From contig MGFR01000002.1 in the NCBI GenBank assembly GCA_001791995.1, positions 36,457 through 100,456 of the forward strand: 64,000 nucleotides of DNA. Direction: 5' to 3'. The notes under the pieces are model-generated. The model worked only from the letters and a program-made list of their open reading frames with translations, had not been told where the DNA came from and did not search any database. The position numbers and the translations under genes were made by a program. Shown piece after piece: positions 1 to 8,730 of the stretch; position 1 is the stretch's first letter; each line of letters begins with the position of its first letter. The DNA comes from Candidatus Woesebacteria bacterium RBG_13_46_13 (lineage in GTDB: Bacteria > Patescibacteriota > Microgenomatia > UBA8517).

Positions 1-894
1 TTCCTCTCCGTGATCCGAGGTGATAATAAATATTGTCTTGTCAAAGAGCCCAAGTTTTTTATACTCCTCAATAAATTTTCCGAAGGCCTCATCTGCCCTT
101 TGAACTTTTTCGTCATAAAGGTCGCTTAAAAAGCGTACATCCTTATCGGAAAGGGAAATTTGGCCGGTTAAAAGGGCATCTTCCCTTAATTTTTTCTGTT
201 CTTCCTTGGATCCCGTTAAGGGACCTTCGTAGTTAAAATCCAAAAATCTTCTGTCATATCCATTCTCCGGCGTGTGTTGGCCGTGGATACCGTAGGAATG
301 AAGAAAGACGAATAATTTTTTGTCTTTATTTTCCGATATCCAGCGCAGGGCTTCGGGAACGGTAATGTCAAAACCTCCAAAGTCCTCTTCATCGAAATAT
401 TTATCAAATCCCTTGGAAAAGCCAAATTTCCCATTTAAGGCGGCGCCTCCCGTGAATCCGCCGGTTGTATAGCCGTTCTCCTTAAGAATTTGCGGCAACG
501 TTAGCAAAATGTTGTTCAAATTTTCAGGGGTAGATAGAACCTCTTCTTGAGAAGCAAGAAAGCTATACTCGTTTAATATCTTGTGCTTGGACGGATATAC
601 TCCGGTAAACCAGCTTATCGAGGAGGGGAGCGTCCATGAAGAAACGCTTATCGCGTTTGTAAATTTGAATCCATTTTCCGCGAAAAAGTCTATAGAGGGA
701 GTGGTGGTTCTTTGATAACCGTAAGAATGAACCCGGGAAGCACCCAAATCGTCAAAAGAAACAAACACGATGTTGCAGCCGGGACAAGAAACAACTGGGG
801 TATATTTTGTAAATTGGGGTTTTAGCCATAGTGCTATCACCAAAATGCAAATTGCAGGAAAAAGAACAAATAAAAAAACCTTTAATTTATGCAT
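1..894 (-). CDS. Sulfatase / alkaline-phosphatase-superfamily hydrolase, partial (C-terminus lies beyond the window start)
   Basis: Manual translation of the reverse complement from the ATG at 892-894 gives MHKLKVFLFVLFPAICILVIALW...FDDLGASRVHSYGY...TSDHGEE with no stop before position 1. The N-terminal TM anchor and the DHGE-type motif fit sulfatase/AP-family enzymes. It is absent from the ORF track because it has no in-window stop. Confidence 0.55.
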   Translation of the reverse strand, partial: MHKLKVFLFVLFPAICILVIALWLKPQFTKYTPVVSCPGCNIVFVSFDDLGASRVHSYGYQRTTTPSIDFFAENGFKFTNAISVSSWTLPSSISWFTGVYPSKHKILNEYSFLASQEEVLSTPENLNNILLTLPQILKENGYTTGGFTGGAALNGKFGFSKGFDKYFDEEDFGGFDITVPEALRWISENKDKKLFVFLHSYGIHGQHTPENGYDRRFLDFNYEGPLTGSKEEQKKLREDALLTGQISLSDKDVRFLSDLYDEKVQRADEAFGKFIEEYKKLGLFDKTIFIITSDHGEE

Positions 895-917
895 CAATCG
901 TAATATGTTAACACCTG

Positions 918-1580
918 TTGTTTGATAATATAAAATTGTCTCAAAGTCCAATTATGAAAACGGGTATCAAACTCCTTCTTGTTGTTGGGGCAACCGCCCT
1001 CTTCCTAATTTTTAACCATTTCTGGAAATGCGAAGGATTAAGATGCCTTTCATTCACTGGCCTTGAAAATTATAAGACAATCGAAGTCTACAAAAATGAT
1101 GCTTCTTCCTATAAGGCAATGCTTTCCATAGACAGCGGGGAACTTCTTAGGGTGGAGACAAGATATGGGTGGGAACCGTCGCAGGCGCAAAAGTATATAT
1201 CTTCGGAAACCCAAAGAATAAAGGGCCTATTCGCCGACGCCCCCGCTCCTTACCCAGGCGATGTGTCCAATGAAATAGTTTGTGCCAAGGAATACGCTCC
1301 AAAATATTTCGAAAAGAACATTGGCGACACAAAATTATATTATTTTTTGGGAAATATGAATTCTCGTCTTACACTGGGGGGGTGCAGCCCCGCCCAGGCC
1401 GTTTATAAAGTACAACTCGGATGGATTTATTGTTCGCAGCAAAAGAATCTCTATCAGCTGGAATTTATAGTTCCCGCCTCTTCGTACGATAAAAATCCGG
1501 AAAGATATGAAGGAGTTCTGGTCTCAATTAGATGTGTAAACCCTCTTAATTATTTGAAAACCGGAAGAATTTTACCCTGA
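918..1580 (+). CDS. Hypothetical protein with N-terminal hydrophobic anchor (start may be the internal Met at 954)
   Basis: 220 aa ORF in the track. A hydrophobic segment follows MKTGIKLLLVVGATALFLIF. No recognisable family. Confidence 0.4.
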   Translation: MFDNIKLSQSPIMKTGIKLLLVVGATALFLIFNHFWKCEGLRCLSFTGLENYKTIEVYKNDASSYKAMLSIDSGELLRVETRYGWEPSQAQKYISSETQRIKGLFADAPAPYPGDVSNEIVCAKEYAPKYFEKNIGDTKLYYFLGNMNSRLTLGGCSPAQAVYKVQLGWIYCSQQKNLYQLEFIVPASSYDKNPERYEGVLVSIRCVNPLNYLKTGRILP

Positions 1581-3547
1581 ACAAAAACAGGGATTTCTTT
1601 GCCCAGCGCCTTCATAATGGTGGGGTATTCGTCTACCATATCAAACGGTAAATTTCCGAGGAAGTTGCCCTTTTTGATATTGGGTCCGGAAATAATAAAA
1701 GGAGCCCACATGCCTGGAACCTCATCGGATTTTATGGCTTGTTTATAGCCAGTTTCCAGCGGGATGGAAAATACTTCGAGACCCTGGGTCATTTTTTCGC
1801 TCCATCCGTAACCAGGCTTGTTAGCAATTACCAAGTCTCCTATTCTTGCGGGGTCAAGGCGCAACTCCTCGCGCGCATTTTCCCACTTTACTATTTGAGC
1901 GACAGGGCTTTTTCCATCCGAGTCCCGCAAAGACGAGATTGTAGCTATAACCTCATTTCTTAGTCTTTCGTATTCGGCTCCGCTAGCCCTTTGATAATTT
2001 CCGGCCAAGCCGTTTGGATTTACAAAGACATGGGTCATTTTAAGAAAGATGACTTTTGAATTCTTCCAGTCGACAATCGGTTCTCCGGTTTGAGGGTCTA
2101 TTTTAAACTTGAGCCATCCCTTTTGAGCAAAAAGATTATTAAGTTGAACGCTTTGGTTTAAAGGAACGTTTCCGTGGTCCGATGTAAAAACGATATAAGT
2201 TTTTGGGCCGGAGACTTTTAGAATTTCTCCCACCATATCATCGAGTTTCTTATACATGTCTTTTACCTCTTCCCAAAGCTTATCTCTTTCTTCTTTCGAA
2301 ACTGTGTTGTAAAGGGATCCCTCTGGGTCAACATACCCCATCCACCAACGGCTTGTTAATATTTGATTAGGACTATATATATCGTGGATTACAACGGAAG
2401 GCTTGAAAGACTCAACCAGGGGAGCAATGGCTTTCTTGTGCCATTCGAACGATAAATTGCTTTCTTCCCAAAGGATATTTTTGTCTTCGGGGTAGTAGAC
2501 CAGCTGTGGAGGAAAGTTGTCGGCGAAATCTACCATTGGCCCGACCTTGTCAAGCAAAATTTTTGCGGCTTCCGCCGGTTGTGCAACAAGTTCGTTGAGG
2601 TTGTTGTAAAAAGCCCTAATTCTATAAAAATTATTGGGGCCAACCTTTATTAATGCTATTTTGACGGAAGTTGAGACGTCTGTTTCAGCCGTGTCGGTTT
2701 TCCACTTAAGGACAATAGGCTGCCAATTGCTCCATTGACCCGGGGAAAGAGTAGAGAAAACTGTCTTTTTATCCAAAGAAAAGGCCACTTTGTCATAATT
2801 AACCTTCCCGTCGTCTGTCGAGTCGAGAATTAGCGCCCAGATTTTCGCACCCCAGCCTACAAGCGGTACTTCCAGGGTATCCGAATAGCTGTATGGAGCA
2901 TTTTCCCAGCCGCCGGCGGGCTTTGCGTCTTCATAGATGGTAAGTTGAGGTCCGAAGTAGAAAAAACGAGCCTCCGTTCCCTGTTTGGTGCGTTGGGAAA
3001 GATTTCCCTTGGTTTCAAAATTCAAAGGTGCGAAATCTGCCCCCCATCCTCCCCATCGACCTCGAATGACAACCCCCTTATTCAACTCGGGCGGAGTTGA
3101 ACCAGGAATGGAAAGAAGGGCCACCTTTTCTCCTTGTTTCTCAAGGGTTACCCATATCGGCTCGACCTTTTTTGCCACAGACCTGAAACCCGGAACGGCT
3201 ACTTTATCAAGAGGTTTTCCTATTTCCCTCATTGGACCATCGGTAACGCCGTGTGTTTCGGGATACGAACCGGTTAAAAGAGTTGCGAAATTGGCTGGGG
3301 TGTGCCCGGGGTAGGTAGGTTTGACGTACCCATATGAACCTTTTTCCATAAGCTTTTTAATGTTGGGAAGCTTCCCTTCGTTTGCCCATTCGTAAATGTT
3401 GAAGAGGTTTGGTTCGGCTCGAACCCCGTCCGGGATAAACCAATAAAGTTTGAGGGGGGAGTAGACGGAGTTTTTGAAGACTATCAGAGCGAGTATAAGG
3501 ATTAGGGCGATTACAATTTTCTTGAGCACTACCTGAACTTTTACCAT
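1550..3547 (-). CDS. Alkaline phosphatase-superfamily enzyme, type I phosphodiesterase / nucleotide pyrophosphatase-like, membrane anchored
   Basis: 665 aa. N-terminal TM helix (IVIALILILALIVF). The C-terminal FTSDHGNVP motif and overall layout are typical of PF01663-type AP-family enzymes. Confidence 0.6.
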   Translation of the reverse strand: MVKVQVVLKKIVIALILILALIVFKNSVYSPLKLYWFIPDGVRAEPNLFNIYEWANEGKLPNIKKLMEKGSYGYVKPTYPGHTPANFATLLTGSYPETHGVTDGPMREIGKPLDKVAVPGFRSVAKKVEPIWVTLEKQGEKVALLSIPGSTPPELNKGVVIRGRWGGWGADFAPLNFETKGNLSQRTKQGTEARFFYFGPQLTIYEDAKPAGGWENAPYSYSDTLEVPLVGWGAKIWALILDSTDDGKVNYDKVAFSLDKKTVFSTLSPGQWSNWQPIVLKWKTDTAETDVSTSVKIALIKVGPNNFYRIRAFYNNLNELVAQPAEAAKILLDKVGPMVDFADNFPPQLVYYPEDKNILWEESNLSFEWHKKAIAPLVESFKPSVVIHDIYSPNQILTSRWWMGYVDPEGSLYNTVSKEERDKLWEEVKDMYKKLDDMVGEILKVSGPKTYIVFTSDHGNVPLNQSVQLNNLFAQKGWLKFKIDPQTGEPIVDWKNSKVIFLKMTHVFVNPNGLAGNYQRASGAEYERLRNEVIATISSLRDSDGKSPVAQIVKWENAREELRLDPARIGDLVIANKPGYGWSEKMTQGLEVFSIPLETGYKQAIKSDEVPGMWAPFIISGPNIKKGNFLGNLPFDMVDEYPTIMKALGKEIPVFVQGKILPVFK

Positions 3548-3635
3548 TATCCGTATTGTTTTTCAACCACCATTGGGAATGTTGTTGTATTGGAGATTTA
3601 TGGCCTGAAATTGTATAATTAGCGCTAGAATTCCC

Positions 3636-4520
3636 ATGAAGAGAGCACTATTGGCGGTCGTTTTTGCGTTATTGCTTTATTTGGCTTTTGTTCGGCCGGC
3701 ATTGGCCGTGGTTGTTAGTCCCAAACCAACCGCAACGGTTGCTCCCACGGCAACTCCCACACCCATTCCGACTCCGGTGGCCGATTTAACCGAAAAAACC
3801 AAAGAAACCCTGGGTCCACTTGAGGCACTTCTGCAGGCTCAAAAACCCGGTCCGGTTTGGCCTTTTAACCCCATAAAGCATGCGATCAGAAACGCCGTAG
3901 CGGCAGGAGTTCCGGCAAATACCATAGTTTTGCTCCTTCTTTTGCCTGTGGTTGCCGCAATTATTGCGGCCTTCAGGCACCTGGTGGGACTAAGGGGGTT
4001 TGGAATTTTCCTCCCGGCTGCTTTGGCCGTAACCTTTGTGGCCACCGGTCCGGTTGTGGGGATAGGGCTCTTCTTAACGATTGTCAGCGTTTCGATTCTG
4101 GCCAGGACGCTACTGCGGAAAACCAAGACCAAGCTTCAGTATCTGCCGCGAATGGCCCTGATCCTCTGGTTTGTGGTTTTTGGTGTCTTGGGCATTTTAT
4201 TTGCAGCCCCCATCATCAGACAGCCGCAGCTGAGCAAGGTTTCCATCTTTCCCGTCCTTATCCTGGCTCTGTTGGCCGAGGACTTTACCCGGGTGCAGCT
4301 AGGCAAATCCGCCCAGACCGCGATTAATTTAACATCCGAAACATTGGTTTTGGCCCTGGTTTCGTATTTGTTCCTGACGCTTGAACCGGTAAGGCAATTT
4401 GCTCTTCTTAACCCTGAAATATTACTTATCGGCGTGGTTATCTTCGACGTTGTTTTGGGTAAGTATGTCGGGTTGAGGATTTTGGAGATTTGGCGCTTTA
4501 GGAAACTTATCAACAGCTAA
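3636..4520 (+). CDS. Multi-pass (7TM-like) membrane protein with a signal/anchor and a Pro/Thr/Ala-rich N-terminal segment
   Basis: 294 aa. MKRALLAVVFALLLYLAF anchor, PKPTATVAPTATPTPIPTPV linker, then about 6-7 hydrophobic helices. Its stop at 4518-4520 is directly followed by the ATG at 4522 of an ATP-grasp gene. The layout resembles 7TM proteins that partner alpha-L-glutamate-ligase-like enzymes. Confidence 0.55.
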   Translation: MKRALLAVVFALLLYLAFVRPALAVVVSPKPTATVAPTATPTPIPTPVADLTEKTKETLGPLEALLQAQKPGPVWPFNPIKHAIRNAVAAGVPANTIVLLLLLPVVAAIIAAFRHLVGLRGFGIFLPAALAVTFVATGPVVGIGLFLTIVSVSILARTLLRKTKTKLQYLPRMALILWFVVFGVLGILFAAPIIRQPQLSKVSIFPVLILALLAEDFTRVQLGKSAQTAINLTSETLVLALVSYLFLTLEPVRQFALLNPEILLIGVVIFDVVLGKYVGLRILEIWRFRKLINS

Positions 4521-4521
4521 A

Positions 4522-5808
4522 ATGAAACCCTCTTCGATTCTTGGACTTAATGCCCGTTCCCAGCTTTTTTCCTACCTCTATAATTCCCCCAAAGGAAAAA
4601 GCGTTGCCGATTCGAAACTGGCCACCCATAGGGTATTGGACAAAGTCCAAATCCCAAACCCGGAAATTTTCGCAAAGTTCAAAGAACCCAGAGACGTTGA
4701 AAAATTCAACTGGGAGAGCCTTCCGGATGCTTTCGCACTCAAGCCTTCCAAAGGTTTGGGAGGAGAAGGGATAATAGTTGTTAAAAAAAAGGCACAGGAC
4801 TTGAAAGGTTGGATAACTACCCAAAGACAAAGGGTTACAGTTGATGATTTAAAACTTCACACCTCCGATATTTTGGAGGGAGCCTACTCGATGGACAATG
4901 CACCCGATGTCGCTTTTGTCCAGGAGTATGTAGGCAGGCACAAGGCCTTTCGCAAGTATGCCTACCGGGGAACTCCTGATATTCGGGTCATTGTTTTTAA
5001 CAAAGTTCCGATTATGGCCATGCTTAGGCTTCCGACCAAAGAATCGGGGGGAAGAGCAAATCTGCATCAGGGAGCAATCGGGGTGGGGATTGATATCGCA
5101 ACAGGGATTACCACCAAAGCAATCTGGCACGGAGGGCTCATTAGATTCAAACCCGATACTGGGCGCAAACTTCACGGAATAAAAATTCCCCACTGGACCC
5201 AAGTACTCGAAACGGCAGCCAAGGCCCAGAGTGCTTCCGGTTTAGGCTATCTGGGGGTGGATATTGTCCTTCATCCGGAAAAAGGGCCGATGGTTTTGGA
5301 AATCAATGCCGAGCCGGGCTTAACCATCCAGCTTGCCAATATGGCAGGATTGAGAAAAAGGCTGGATAGGATAGAAGGGTTGGAGGTAAGGGATGCCGAA
5401 CACGGCGTAAAAATCGCCAAGGCGCTCTTTGCGGCCGATTTCGCGGACAGAGTCAAAGCGGAGGAGGGAATTATCACAATTCCGGTTATGGAGGAGATTA
5501 AAGTAAAGGATAAGCGTGGCAAGAAGATGGTTATTCCCGCCAAGATAGACACCGGCGCATTCAGAACCTCCATCGACAAAACTCTGGCCAAAGACCTCGG
5601 TCTTTTGCAGGAGGAGAGTATCCTTTGGGAAAGAAGATTCAGAAACGCGATCGGAAAAGAGGAAAGGCCAATTATTCCTTTTACCTTCTGGTTAAGGGGA
5701 AGAAGAATAAAAACCACCGCAGGGGTGGCGGACAGAAGTAGACTAAGACGACCCGTCATTGTAGGAAGACGAGACCTGACCGGTTTTTTGGTAAATCCCG
5801 AAAAATGA
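4522..5808 (+). CDS. Alpha-L-glutamate ligase-like ATP-grasp enzyme fused to a C-terminal retropepsin-like aspartic protease domain
   Basis: N-terminus ILGLNARSQLFSYLYNSPKGKSVADSKLATHRVLDKVQIP resembles the RimK-related alpha-L-glutamate-ligase-like family. The C-terminal part has PAKIDTGAFRTSID, a D-T/S-G-A aspartic protease signature, as in the putative ATP-dependent zinc protease / retropepsin-like domain usually found next to RimK. Confidence 0.7.
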   Translation: MKPSSILGLNARSQLFSYLYNSPKGKSVADSKLATHRVLDKVQIPNPEIFAKFKEPRDVEKFNWESLPDAFALKPSKGLGGEGIIVVKKKAQDLKGWITTQRQRVTVDDLKLHTSDILEGAYSMDNAPDVAFVQEYVGRHKAFRKYAYRGTPDIRVIVFNKVPIMAMLRLPTKESGGRANLHQGAIGVGIDIATGITTKAIWHGGLIRFKPDTGRKLHGIKIPHWTQVLETAAKAQSASGLGYLGVDIVLHPEKGPMVLEINAEPGLTIQLANMAGLRKRLDRIEGLEVRDAEHGVKIAKALFAADFADRVKAEEGIITIPVMEEIKVKDKRGKKMVIPAKIDTGAFRTSIDKTLAKDLGLLQEESILWERRFRNAIGKEERPIIPFTFWLRGRRIKTTAGVADRSRLRRPVIVGRRDLTGFLVNPEK

Positions 5809-6716
5809 AAAAAATATTAATCATCGCCGGGGGCGGAACAAAACACATGGAGCCTTTTAAGGTGGAGGGGGAGAAGCTGGGACTAAAGGTGGTCACCGCC
5901 AGCTTTTCGGATCTCTCATACACCACAGAAGGGGAGTTAAAATTATTTGTAAAGGGACTTCTGGTTGAATCTTTTGACGTAATCTATGTCAGACTCGTCG
6001 GAAAAAGATTTGAAGATGTCTCGCTTTTGGTCAATTATGTCAAGGAAAAAGGAATAAGAATTGTAGACAAAATATACGAAAAATCTCATATAATCCGCCT
6101 TCCTATTGCCAAGGCATTGGAGGTAAAACTTCTCTCCCAGGCAGGGGTTGTCCTCCCCAAGACTTTCTTCGCGAAACTCTCCGAAATTAAGCAAAAGGCT
6201 CCCGAACTGTACGGATCCCCCTTTGTTATCAAAGGAACTACCGGTAAACAGGGGCACGCGGTTTGGTCACCGAGAAATGCCGAAGAGCTGGAAAAACTTT
6301 ATCAGGAGCTTAAAGGTAAGGAGAAAGAAGGCAAAAGGTTTTTGGCACAGGAGTTTATCAAGGCCAGCCAAAGGATTAGGGTTTTTGTCGTCGGAGGAAA
6401 AGCAATTGCCGCCATAACCAGACCGACTCGCTGGAGGAGGCGTTTTATCGCCAAGGTGAATGGGGAATTTCCGGAGGGAAGACGTGAAGCTCTACTCCCG
6501 GTTCCCCAGGAGGATGCAGATTTGGCCGTAAGTGCGGCCAACGCTTTGGATGTCGATATTGCCGGGGTGGATGTTATTCACGAAGACTCAACCGGGAAAG
6601 CCTACGTTTTGGAGGTCAATAGCGCCCCCCGCTGGGAATCAATAACTAAAGACACCGGCGTTAACGTCGAAAGAGAGATACTGTTGTATCTTGATAGTAT
6701 AATGTCAGAGAAATGA
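5805..6716 (+). CDS. RimK-family ATP-grasp ligase (ribosomal protein S6 glutamate ligase-like)
   Basis: MKKILIIAGGG..., GSPFVIKGTTGKQGHAV, RVFVVGGKAIAAITRP, AGVDVIHEDSTGKAYVLEVNSAP are ATP-grasp RimK-like motifs. Start overlaps the upstream stop (ATGA at 5805-5808). Confidence 0.75.
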   Translation: MKKILIIAGGGTKHMEPFKVEGEKLGLKVVTASFSDLSYTTEGELKLFVKGLLVESFDVIYVRLVGKRFEDVSLLVNYVKEKGIRIVDKIYEKSHIIRLPIAKALEVKLLSQAGVVLPKTFFAKLSEIKQKAPELYGSPFVIKGTTGKQGHAVWSPRNAEELEKLYQELKGKEKEGKRFLAQEFIKASQRIRVFVVGGKAIAAITRPTRWRRRFIAKVNGEFPEGRREALLPVPQEDADLAVSAANALDVDIAGVDVIHEDSTGKAYVLEVNSAPRWESITKDTGVNVEREILLYLDSIMSEK

Positions 6717-7348
6717 CCGAACTAAAAGACTTAAAGGACGGGCCGTTTGAGGAAAGGGTTGCGGAAGTTGACCGCTGGGTTATTGCCTATGCTTCAGAAG
6801 GGGCGATCGGTTTAATTGACCGGGAGATTCTTAGGGGGGTACTTTCTGAAGTTGGTGCGAATTTTGAAAATTTGGACGAGGACGGTACAAAATCCCTTGC
6901 CCAATACTCCAACAAAGGGAAACATTTGGGAATGGAACAAGTTTGGGGTGAGCGTAGAGCCGAATTTAAAACCTGGACCGAGGCTTGGGTGGAAACTTAT
7001 GAAAGAAGAACAGGAAAAGAGCTTCCGAAAGTGGTTTTTACGGATGAGGAGACAGGCGAGAAAAGACCGTCGAAGACGGAAGGAATGAGGCAGTTATTGG
7101 GTGAGCTAACGGCATATGCATCCGGTTGTCTGAGCTTTCCCGAGTTGGCAAAGATACTGATTACTAGGCGTTATAATTTTGGCAAACCAAAGGATCAGCC
7201 GGCAGAGGAAGGCGGGAGAAGGAAAATTACGTTTTCCGGTCACAATATAAGCCAAGAAACGGGTAAAGAAAAACCTTTTGCTCCGGCTTCTTTTCCTCCG
7301 GAATTTCCCCTGGATGCTTGGGAAAAGATTAAAAGTTGGCGGAAATGA
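6713..7348 (+). CDS. Hypothetical protein (operon member)
   Basis: 211 aa, acidic and charged, no recognisable family. Start overlaps the RimK stop (ATGA) and its stop overlaps the next gene. Confidence 0.5.
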   Translation: MTELKDLKDGPFEERVAEVDRWVIAYASEGAIGLIDREILRGVLSEVGANFENLDEDGTKSLAQYSNKGKHLGMEQVWGERRAEFKTWTEAWVETYERRTGKELPKVVFTDEETGEKRPSKTEGMRQLLGELTAYASGCLSFPELAKILITRRYNFGKPKDQPAEEGGRRKITFSGHNISQETGKEKPFAPASFPPEFPLDAWEKIKSWRK

Positions 7349-7935
7349 CCCCCAGAGACAGCTATCTCAGGCGTTTTCGTAAATACGGAGTTGACCCCAG
7401 GACGCTTAAGTGGCAAAGCCAAAAAGCCGCCGAGCAAAGATATTTGGAGATAACCACCCTTACGGATTTTAACGGAAAGTCTGTCTTGGATGTCGGCTGC
7501 GGTTTCGGGGATCTGGTAGCCTTCATTAATTCCAAAACCGAAAACTTCTCCTATACGGGGATAGACTTGATTAACGAGTTTATTTTAGCTGCCAGAAAAA
7601 AATATCCTGGCTTTAGCTTTGTCATGGGGGACTATTTTTCAGACCCCCTTGAGGAAAAATTCGACATCGTTGTTGCCAATGGGTCTCTAAACTCAAATGT
7701 CCCCGACAATTACGCTTTTAGGAAAAAAGCCATCAAAACAATGTTCGATCACGCAAGGCAAGCGGTTATCTTTAATATGGCAGGAGGGTTTGCTCCCAAA
7801 GAGACGGCCCGGGGAAGTAACGTGTTCTTTGCGGACGCTTCCAAGATAGTCGGATTTTGCGAAAGTCTTACCTCCTCAGTCGTTTTGACAGACCACCCCG
7901 GCCGGCGGGAATTTACCGTAATTATGGCCCGTTAG
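7336..7935 (+). CDS. Class I SAM-dependent methyltransferase
   Basis: Motif I VLDVGCGFGDL and downstream DIVVANGSL are typical of Rossmann-fold MTases. Overlaps the upstream ORF by 13 nt. Confidence 0.65.
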   Translation: MAEMTPRDSYLRRFRKYGVDPRTLKWQSQKAAEQRYLEITTLTDFNGKSVLDVGCGFGDLVAFINSKTENFSYTGIDLINEFILAARKKYPGFSFVMGDYFSDPLEEKFDIVVANGSLNSNVPDNYAFRKKAIKTMFDHARQAVIFNMAGGFAPKETARGSNVFFADASKIVGFCESLTSSVVLTDHPGRREFTVIMAR

Positions 7936-7986
7936 TGCTATAATATCCACGTTCTTTGGCAAATCCAAATCCAAAAGGAGGAGAGC

Positions 7987-8268
7987 ATGGAGGCACAAGC
8001 TTACTTTAACTGGATCCGTCGTCGGGCCGCGACACTGATTGTTGTTTCAGGTTTCCTGATTGTCGGCGCTATTGCGGCCTTCCTCTTCGGCAGGCCCGTG
8101 GTCGGAATGGTTCTGCTCTTGGGAGGGTTCATTCCCGGCTCTATGGCGGGAACCATCGGCTCGGCGAGCGAGCAGAAAGGCTGCTTTTGGTTTGCGGCAA
8201 GCATTATCTGCTGGCTCGCATTTTTGGGAGTGGTTGCCTGGGCTGTCTACGCCAACCTTTTCGGATAG
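7987..8268 (+). CDS. Small membrane protein (3 predicted TM helices)
   Basis: 93 aa hydrophobic ORF preceded by AAAGGAGGAGAGC ATG, a strong SD. Confidence 0.45.
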   Translation: MEAQAYFNWIRRRAATLIVVSGFLIVGAIAAFLFGRPVVGMVLLLGGFIPGSMAGTIGSASEQKGCFWFAASIICWLAFLGVVAWAVYANLFG

Positions 8269-8282
8269 GAAAGCCTCACCAT

Positions 8283-8333
8283 GTGCGCGGGATTATCCCG
8301 AAAGAGATGATTCCGCGCACGAAGTTTTTATTT
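8283..8333. terminator. Stem-loop (GTGCGCGG...CCGCGCAC) followed by a T-rich tract; probable terminator between convergent genes
   Basis: 8 bp GC-rich inverted repeat at 8283-8290 / 8313-8320, followed by GAAGTTTTTATTT. Lies between the stop of the 7987-8268 gene and the stop of rplL. Confidence 0.4.
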
Positions 8334-8729
8334 CAACTCCACTTTTGCTCCGGCTGCTGTTAGCTTATCGCTTGCAGCTTTTGCATCTTCCGCTTTTGCG
8401 TCCTTTAAAACCTCAGCCGGAAGAGTTTCGGTCATACCTTTTGCATCCATCAGAGTCAGGTTTTGATTGATTTCCCTAAGTGCTTTGATAACACCTATTT
8501 TATTTGCTCCTGCGTCCGTCATTACAACAGATTGGGTAGCTGCAGCTGTTGCGGCACCCGCTTCTGCTGCGGCTGGAGCTGCTGCCGGGGCTGCTGCGGC
8601 AACCGGCATCGCCGAGACTCCGAGTTTCTCCTGAAGTGTACTTACCAATTCCGAAAGTTCGATAACCGTAAGTTTGCCTATCTCTTCTGTCAATTCATCG
8701 ACTTTTTTGGTTTTTTTCTCTTCTGCCAT
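8328..8729 (-). CDS. rplL: 50S ribosomal protein L7/L12
   Basis: MAEEKKTKKVDELTEEIGKLTVIELSELV...AAAAPAAAPAAAEAG...KVELK has the classic L7/L12 N-terminal dimerisation domain, Ala/Pro hinge and C-terminal domain. The track ORF extends to a GTG at 8738; the ATG at 8727-8729 is preferred because it avoids overlap with rplJ. Confidence 0.9.
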   Translation of the reverse strand: MAEEKKTKKVDELTEEIGKLTVIELSELVSTLQEKLGVSAMPVAAAAPAAAPAAAEAGAATAAATQSVVMTDAGANKIGVIKALREINQNLTLMDAKGMTETLPAEVLKDAKAEDAKAASDKLTAAGAKVELK

Positions 8730-8730
8730 G

